From Verrucomicrobiota bacterium (lineage in GTDB: Bacteria > Verrucomicrobiota > Verrucomicrobiia > Limisphaerales > CANJXF01), in NCBI GenBank assembly GCA_038214755.1, contig JBBQRQ010000127.1:1-11575 (forward strand): 11,575 bases of DNA. The letters run 5' to 3'. The position numbers and the translations under genes are program-made. This document shows positions 6,660-11,575 of the stretch, in pieces. Position 1 is the first letter of the stretch; the number at the start of each line of letters is the position of its first letter. The notes beneath the pieces were generated by a model. That model did not search any database. It had not been told where the DNA came from and was given only the letters and a program-made list of their open reading frames with translations.

Positions 6660-7877
6660 CTACAATTCATCCACCGCGATGACGCGCAGAATTTCTTCCA
6701 GCGGCGTTTGCCCCGAGGCGACCCGGCGCAAACCGTTTTGCCACATCGTTTGCATTCCGCGCTGAATGGCGACCTGTTGCAGCGCTTTGGTGGGAAGTTT
6801 TTGCAGAACGGCGTCGCGAAAAATCTGGTCCACGGTCAGCATTTCTGTGACGGAAGTGCGTCCGGAAAAACCGGTGTTCAGACATTGTTCGCAACCCGCG
6901 CCTTTTCGGAATTGCGCGACCTCGCGAAGTTCTGCCGGAACCAGATCGAGCAAACTGGCCTCCGGCTCGTACGGCTGCGTGCAGTAAGTGCAATTCATCC
7001 GAATCAAGCGTACGCCGAGAACGCCGATGATGCTCGACGAAAGCAAAAATGGTTCGATCTCCATGTTGATCATGCGCGCAAAAACTCCCGCCGTGCTCCC
7101 GCTGTGAATGGTGCTGATGACCAAATGCCCGGTCAGTCCCGCCTGCACCGCGATGGCGGCGGTCTCCGGGTCGCGGATTTCGCCGACCATGATGACTTGC
7201 GGGTCTTGCCGCATGAGAGAGCGCAACGCTTTTGGATAAGTGAAATCCTGCGCGAGATTTACCTGCGCCTGCGCGATCATCGGCAAACTAAATTCCACCG
7301 GGTCCTCCACCGTCGCGATGCTGATCGCCGGGCCGGAACGTTGCACCAGATGATAAAGCGCGGAATAAATCGCGGTGGTTTTTCCTGAACCGGTGGGGCC
7401 GGTCAACAGAATCAATCCACTCGGTTTATTCAGCAGCTTAATAAATTGCGTGAGAGTGTCTTCATCGAATCCGAGCGAGGCCATTTCGAAACTTCGATTG
7501 CTCGGATCGAAAATGCGCACGACAATTTTTTCGCCGCGCGTCGTCGGAAAAATGGAAATGCGTTGTTCGACTCCGCCCAGTTCCGGGTCGGCTGGCGCGT
7601 GACCTTCCTGCGGCAAACCGGTTTGATACGTGATCAAGTTCGCCAGCACTTTGAAGCGGCCGGAAATTTTATCCATCAACTCCAGCGGCAAATGCACCAG
7701 CTCGGTCAGCACGCCGTTGAGTCGGATGCGCACCACCAATGTGCTCTCCCACGGCTCGATGTGGATGTCGCTCGCTCCGGCGCGAATGGCATCGATGAGT
7801 AAATATTTTACCAGCACGCCGATTTCGACGCCGTCGGAGGCGGACTCAGATTGGAGATAACGGACGGTTTCGCTCAC
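6660..7877 (-). CDS. GspE/PulE/PilB-family secretion or pilus assembly ATPase
   Basis: 405 aa; 'ASDIHIEP', Walker A GPTGSGKT, Asp box 'TVEDPVE', Walker B 'VIMVGEIRD', His box 'TGHLVISTIH', tetracysteine CTYC...CEQC. Confidence 0.93.
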   Translation of the reverse strand: MSETVRYLQSESASDGVEIGVLVKYLLIDAIRAGASDIHIEPWESTLVVRIRLNGVLTELVHLPLELMDKISGRFKVLANLITYQTGLPQEGHAPADPELGGVEQRISIFPTTRGEKIVVRIFDPSNRSFEMASLGFDEDTLTQFIKLLNKPSGLILLTGPTGSGKTTAIYSALYHLVQRSGPAISIATVEDPVEFSLPMIAQAQVNLAQDFTYPKALRSLMRQDPQVIMVGEIRDPETAAIAVQAGLTGHLVISTIHSGSTAGVFARMINMEIEPFLLSSSIIGVLGVRLIRMNCTYCTQPYEPEASLLDLVPAELREVAQFRKGAGCEQCLNTGFSGRTSVTEMLTVDQIFRDAVLQKLPTKALQQVAIQRGMQTMWQNGLRRVASGQTPLEEILRVIAVDEL

Positions 7878-8034
7878 AAATTATGTTGGGTTGTTGGTTG
7901 GCGGTGAGTGAGTAATTTTTTTTCGGGAAATTGTCGAAACAATTCGCGGCGCACGCGAGTTCAACGCCAAGGTGCAAAGCGAATAATTTTTCCCTGTTTT
8001 CGCCATTGGTTCTTTGCATCACGCCAGTAAAATC

Positions 8035-8062
8035 TTGAACAAAACAGACTCCAACCTAAAAT
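8035..8062 (+). promoter_or_regulatory. Putative sigma70 promoter for the 69-aa gene (leaderless geometry)
   Basis: TTGAAC (8035-8040), 16 nt, TAAAAT (8057-8062), 6 nt, ATG (8069). Confidence 0.55.
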
Positions 8063-8068
8063 ATAACT

Positions 8069-8278
8069 ATGAAAGCAGAACACGTTGAAGATGTGCTCAA
8101 CATCAAACCGTTTAGACCATTCACCGTCGAAATCGAGAGTGGAAAGAAAATCACGGTCAAACACATGGATTTTTTCATTCTCACTCCAAAAAGAACCAGC
8201 GTGATTATTTTTCAAGAAGATGACCGTTTTTCAATCGTCTCAGTCGAAAACATCTCCGCAATTTCTTTCGGCGAATAA
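8069..8278 (+). CDS. Small hypothetical protein (69 aa) with 'PFRPF....SG....V.H' motif
   Basis: ATG start with its own promoter-like signal. The motif resembles a small uncharacterised family I recall from Planctomycetes/Verrucomicrobia. Confidence 0.75.
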   Translation: MKAEHVEDVLNIKPFRPFTVEIESGKKITVKHMDFFILTPKRTSVIIFQEDDRFSIVSVENISAISFGE

Positions 8279-8297
8279 ATCCAAATCAAAAAGACAT

Positions 8298-8330
8298 GCC
8301 GTCATTTTAAAAACGGGACGGCTTCTCGTT
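8298..8330 (+). terminator. Possible weak intrinsic terminator after the 69-aa gene
   Basis: gccgtc (8298-8303) / gacggc (8317-8322) stem followed by ttctcgtt. Confidence 0.3.
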
Positions 8331-8407
8331 TGAAGGAACGAAAAACCACAGCGTCCGATTCAAGCGAAAACTTCCGCTCTGTTTTTTCCGTGCTACATTC
8401 TCCGCCG

Positions 8408-9589
8408 ATGCGCTTCGGATCGCTCAATTTAAATTCAAATCTTTTTTTGTCGCCGCTCGCGGGCTACACGAATTTGCCCTTTCGCCTCACGTTGCGCGAA
8501 GTCGGCGGACTTGATCTGGCCACGACCGATTTGGTCAACGCGCGTTCGCTCCTCGAAAAAAATCCCAAGGCGCTCAAGCTGATTGAAACCTGCCCCGCCG
8601 ACCGTCCGCTCTCCGTGCAATTGTTCGGCAGCGTTCCCGAAGAAATGCGCGACGCCGCGATTTATTTGGAATCCATCGGCATTTCCTCGGTGGACATCAA
8701 CATGGGTTGCCCCGTGCGCAAAGTCTGCAAAGTCGGCGGCGGCTCCGCGATGATGACCGAATTAAACAAGACCGCCGCGCTCGTCAAGGGCATGGTCGAT
8801 GCCGTGAAAATTCCGGTGAGCGCGAAAATGCGTCTCGGTTGGGACGACGAAAATTTAACTGCGCCGGATTTGGCGCGAACTTTGGAAGATGTGGGAGTGG
8901 CTGCGATTTTTGTTCATGGCCGCACGCGAGAACAAGGTTTTGCCGGAACCGTGAATCTCGCCGGCATTCGCGCGGTCGTTCAAGCCGTGAAAAAAATTCC
9001 CGTCATCGGCAACGGCGATGTCACTTGCCCGCAAGCCGCGAAAATGATGTTCGACGAAACCGGTTGCGCCGGCGTGAGCATCGGGCGCGGCGCATTCTAT
9101 GATCCATGGATTTTCAAACGGACGTTGCAGTATCTCCGTGATGGTAGGGCGCGTCACTCCGTGCGCGCCGGGTACGGTCGGGCAACAAACGGCGCGCACG
9201 GAGTGACGCGCCCTACCCATGATGATCTCCCGCCCGAGCCAAGTTTCGACGAGCGCATTCGCGTTATGTGTCGCCACCTTGATTTGATGATCGAAGTTTT
9301 TGGCGAGGAGCATGGCTGCCGGATGTTTCGCAAAGTTGCTCCGTGGTATGCAAAACGTTTTGGTCCGGCGAACGAATTCAATAAACGAATTGTTCGACTG
9401 GCGAGCAAAGCGGAGTTTGAAGAAATTTTAGCGAACTACAAAAAGTGGCGCGAACAATTTCTCGATGGCCACGGCGAATTGCTCCCGCGCCATCAACTTG
9501 CGCCGATGATTGCCTCCTTCATGCAGGAACCTGACGCCGTCCGCCGCGAGCAAATCCCCGTCCCAAAAGGCGCGGTGGAAGTCTGGTAA
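8408..9589 (+). CDS. dusB: tRNA dihydrouridine synthase, DusB-like
   Basis: 'LSPLAGYTNLPFR', 'VQLFGS', 'DINMGCP', 'KMRLGW', 'VHGRTREQ', 'GNGD', 'IGRGA'. ATG at 8408 preferred over the TTG at 8330. Confidence 0.9.
   Translation: MRFGSLNLNSNLFLSPLAGYTNLPFRLTLREVGGLDLATTDLVNARSLLEKNPKALKLIETCPADRPLSVQLFGSVPEEMRDAAIYLESIGISSVDINMGCPVRKVCKVGGGSAMMTELNKTAALVKGMVDAVKIPVSAKMRLGWDDENLTAPDLARTLEDVGVAAIFVHGRTREQGFAGTVNLAGIRAVVQAVKKIPVIGNGDVTCPQAAKMMFDETGCAGVSIGRGAFYDPWIFKRTLQYLRDGRARHSVRAGYGRATNGAHGVTRPTHDDLPPEPSFDERIRVMCRHLDLMIEVFGEEHGCRMFRKVAPWYAKRFGPANEFNKRIVRLASKAEFEEILANYKKWREQFLDGHGELLPRHQLAPMIASFMQEPDAVRREQIPVPKGAVEVW
9143..9217. mobile_element. GTAG-type REP doublet inserted in frame within dusB
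   Basis: Perfect 28-bp inverted arms ggtagggcgcgtcactccgtgcgcgccg (9143-9170) and cggcgcgcacggagtgacgcgccctacc (9190-9217); 19-nt spacer; 75 nt = 25 codons. Confidence 0.88.
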
Positions 9590-9618
9590 TCAGCCGCGCC
9601 GTGGATGGTCCTTTCCGT

Positions 9619-10818
9619 CTATTTGAATTCGAAGTTAGACCAGGGATTAGCAGTGACGATATTAATTCGGGCGGCCAGATCGTTTGTCTTGATAGGATTC
9701 CCGTAAAAATTGGGGAGGGTGTAACCAAGAGGTGTTGTGTTGTAACCAAGCGAATTACGAATGGCGACGTTGTTGGAGGCGGATAGATAAAGTCCGTAGG
9801 TGGTGGAATTGCAAAGGTTGCCTTCAATAAGATTGCCTACCCAGCTTACTTGTATGCCCGCATAGCCAGGGGTTCGTGTGCTGTTGGAATCGCAGGTATT
9901 CTCTTTAACAATGTTCGCAGCGTAAACCTCAATCCCATTGTAACCATTCTTCCGGACGGTGCAGCGCGTAATCGTATTGCCATCATCCACGGAGATACCT
10001 TGACCCTGATTGAATCCGACGGTGCAATCGCTGATGCTATTGCCGCTCTGGGCACTAATTCCACTACCGCGATTGGAAAAAACAGCGCAGTTCCTGACGG
10101 TAGAATAGCTGCTTGCAGAAATACCCGATCCATTGGTGGAAGATGAACAACCGGTGATGGTGGAGCCGCTTCCCGCGCTGATTCCCTGGAACTGACTGAA
10201 TCGGGCAATGCAATCCCGAACGACACTACCCTGTCCCACATTTATTCCTCGGAAGAGGTTGGAACTCACGTTGCAATCGATCACTTGCCCTCCGTCCCCT
10301 GTGGTAATCCCATCGAAACCATTATTGAATGCACCGCAATTCTTCACGGTCGCTCCAGGTACGGTAATGTAGATACCCGCGCTGGTGCATTCGAAGGCAT
10401 TCACTTTCTCGATCAAAATCCCCGCTCCATCCAGGCCGTCCACGTTGACGCCTCTATTCCATTTCCGCAGTTTGCCATTCTTCACGGTAAGGTTTTTGCG
10501 CTGGCCGGAAACGGTGATGCCGTTGTCAGCATTTGTTCCCCCGATCAAGGTGAAGCCCATCAGGTCGATGGTGACGTCATCGGCCGAGATGGTAATGCCG
10601 GCTTGAAATGATTGACCGGTCAAGTTGCTCGCTAAATAGTAAGAGCCGCTCTGCGAAATGGTATAAGGCAAATTGGTGATGATGCTCAACGGCTGAACTT
10701 GATCGAGTGTCTTCATCGTTGGCTGCGGTGGACCGGAGGGAGTGAGGTTGCCTTGACTAAACCCTGGTGTCTGTACGACGAGCAAAGTAACGAGAACAAT
10801 GAAGAGATGAGTTTTCAT
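9619..10818 (-). CDS. Secreted right-handed parallel beta-helix repeat protein
   Basis: 399 aa; signal-peptide-like N-terminus, 'GNLTPSGPPQPTMKTL...LPYTISQSGSYYL', and ~22-aa repeats of the form 'GI.....S.V.DC....N...'. Confidence 0.85.
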   Translation of the reverse strand: MKTHLFIVLVTLLVVQTPGFSQGNLTPSGPPQPTMKTLDQVQPLSIITNLPYTISQSGSYYLASNLTGQSFQAGITISADDVTIDLMGFTLIGGTNADNGITVSGQRKNLTVKNGKLRKWNRGVNVDGLDGAGILIEKVNAFECTSAGIYITVPGATVKNCGAFNNGFDGITTGDGGQVIDCNVSSNLFRGINVGQGSVVRDCIARFSQFQGISAGSGSTITGCSSSTNGSGISASSYSTVRNCAVFSNRGSGISAQSGNSISDCTVGFNQGQGISVDDGNTITRCTVRKNGYNGIEVYAANIVKENTCDSNSTRTPGYAGIQVSWVGNLIEGNLCNSTTYGLYLSASNNVAIRNSLGYNTTPLGYTLPNFYGNPIKTNDLAARINIVTANPWSNFEFK

Positions 10819-10860
10819 AGGTGGATAGGCTGGGTCAGATAGATAGACTGTTGCGGTTGT

Positions 10861-11574
10861 TTAAGGAAGTGGCTTGAGAGCTTGAACGCGAAAGTAACGT
10901 TGTGACGAAGGTGTGCCGAAGCTAAGGGACTGCGTGGTGTTTGTGCCGGGCGAAGGGTCAAACAGGAGACCACTATCCAACCAGGAGAAGCCAGTATTCA
11001 AGTCATTGCGATATTGAATCCGATATTGGCGAGTCGGATGGCTCGTCCAGGTCAACGTATCAGAGTCTAGTCCGCCGATAAACAATGTGGAGTTGGAGAG
11101 GATGCGTAAAAAATCATTTGGGTTCAATGGATCGGTGTCAGCCAGATACTCATTTAAATCGGAGACGCCATCGAGATCGGAATGGCTCGTAGCATTCGCC
11201 GTCGTGAGGTTACCGAAGTGAAGTAGTTCCCAAGCATCGGCGATTCCATCTCCATCCGAATCTGCACCCGTGCGAATCGAATCGGTCTGCACAAAAGCAA
11301 ACGCATTGCTCAGGCTAATCCATCCACAGTTGGCAGAGTAGATAGAGCCGGTCAGTTTGCCGGTCCGCAAATCCACCTTGGCCGCGCCATTGTTTTCAAA
11401 GTTGATCCAGCCGATGTTCGCGCCATAAGCGTAACCGCGCAGATTGCCCACGCCGTCGTGGTTCACGCCATAGTCCGTGGCCGAGTTGTTTTGATATTGA
11501 ATGCCGTTCGCGGGCGCGTTGCTGCCGAGGTGAATCCAGCCCACGTTGGCGGCATAGATATAACCTGAACAAAC
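10861..11574 (-). CDS. 3' part of a probably secreted protein with 'G..YxANxGWI' repeats and DxDGD acidic (Ca-binding-like) motifs; start lies beyond the window
   Basis: Frame is open to the window edge (VCSGYIYAANVGWIHL...). Repeats GYIYAANVGWI, GYAYGANIGWI, GSIYSANCGWI; then DSDGDGIADAWE...DLDGVSDLNEYLADTDP; ends '...RYFRVQA'. Confidence 0.8.
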   Translation of the reverse strand, partial: VCSGYIYAANVGWIHLGSNAPANGIQYQNNSATDYGVNHDGVGNLRGYAYGANIGWINFENNGAAKVDLRTGKLTGSIYSANCGWISLSNAFAFVQTDSIRTGADSDGDGIADAWELLHFGNLTTANATSHSDLDGVSDLNEYLADTDPLNPNDFLRILSNSTLFIGGLDSDTLTWTSHPTRQYRIQYRNDLNTGFSWLDSGLLFDPSPGTNTTQSLSFGTPSSQRYFRVQALKPLP

Positions 11575-11575
11575 A

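Noticed and set aside
6708..7860. Long antisense ORFs over the GspE gene (and similar ones over moxR, vWA, dusB and the beta-helix gene)
   Set aside because: Shadow ORFs of well-supported genes with no recognisable motifs.
7960..8020. Weak inverted match ggtgcaaag (7971-7979) / ctttgcatc (8012-8020), possibly a repeat relic
   Set aside because: Too short and degenerate to support.
9569..9600. ggcgcgg/ccgcgcc stem around the dusB stop as a terminator or attachment site
   Set aside because: Only 7 bp with an 18-nt loop, no U-tract, and no integrase or duplicated gene end in the window.

Overview
Bacterial chromosomal window, by gene content probably from the PVC superphylum (most likely Verrucomicrobiota; inference). 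From left to right it holds the 3' end of a putative heme-binding (PVC-type) protein, then a moxR AAA+ ATPase / DUF58 / BatA-vWA membrane protein cluster. A ~1.9 kb opposite-strand islet splits moxR from DUF58. It carries two type II toxin-antitoxin modules whose PIN toxins are both broken (one doubly frameshifted, one truncated) while both antitoxins are intact, plus a 3-TM membrane protein and a 62-aa ORF. Next come a lone GspE/PilB-type ATPase, a 69-aa PVC-type small protein, a DusB-like tRNA dihydrouridine synthase, and two secreted repeat proteins. The most unusual signal is three different GTAG-type REP doublets (REPIN-like hairpins). Two sit in frame inside protein genes (dusB and the vWA gene) and add ~24-25 residues each. 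The third is intergenic and encloses an inverted pair of heptamer tandem arrays. Several genes have a -10 hexamer only 6-9 nt before the ATG, which suggests leaderless or near-leaderless transcripts.
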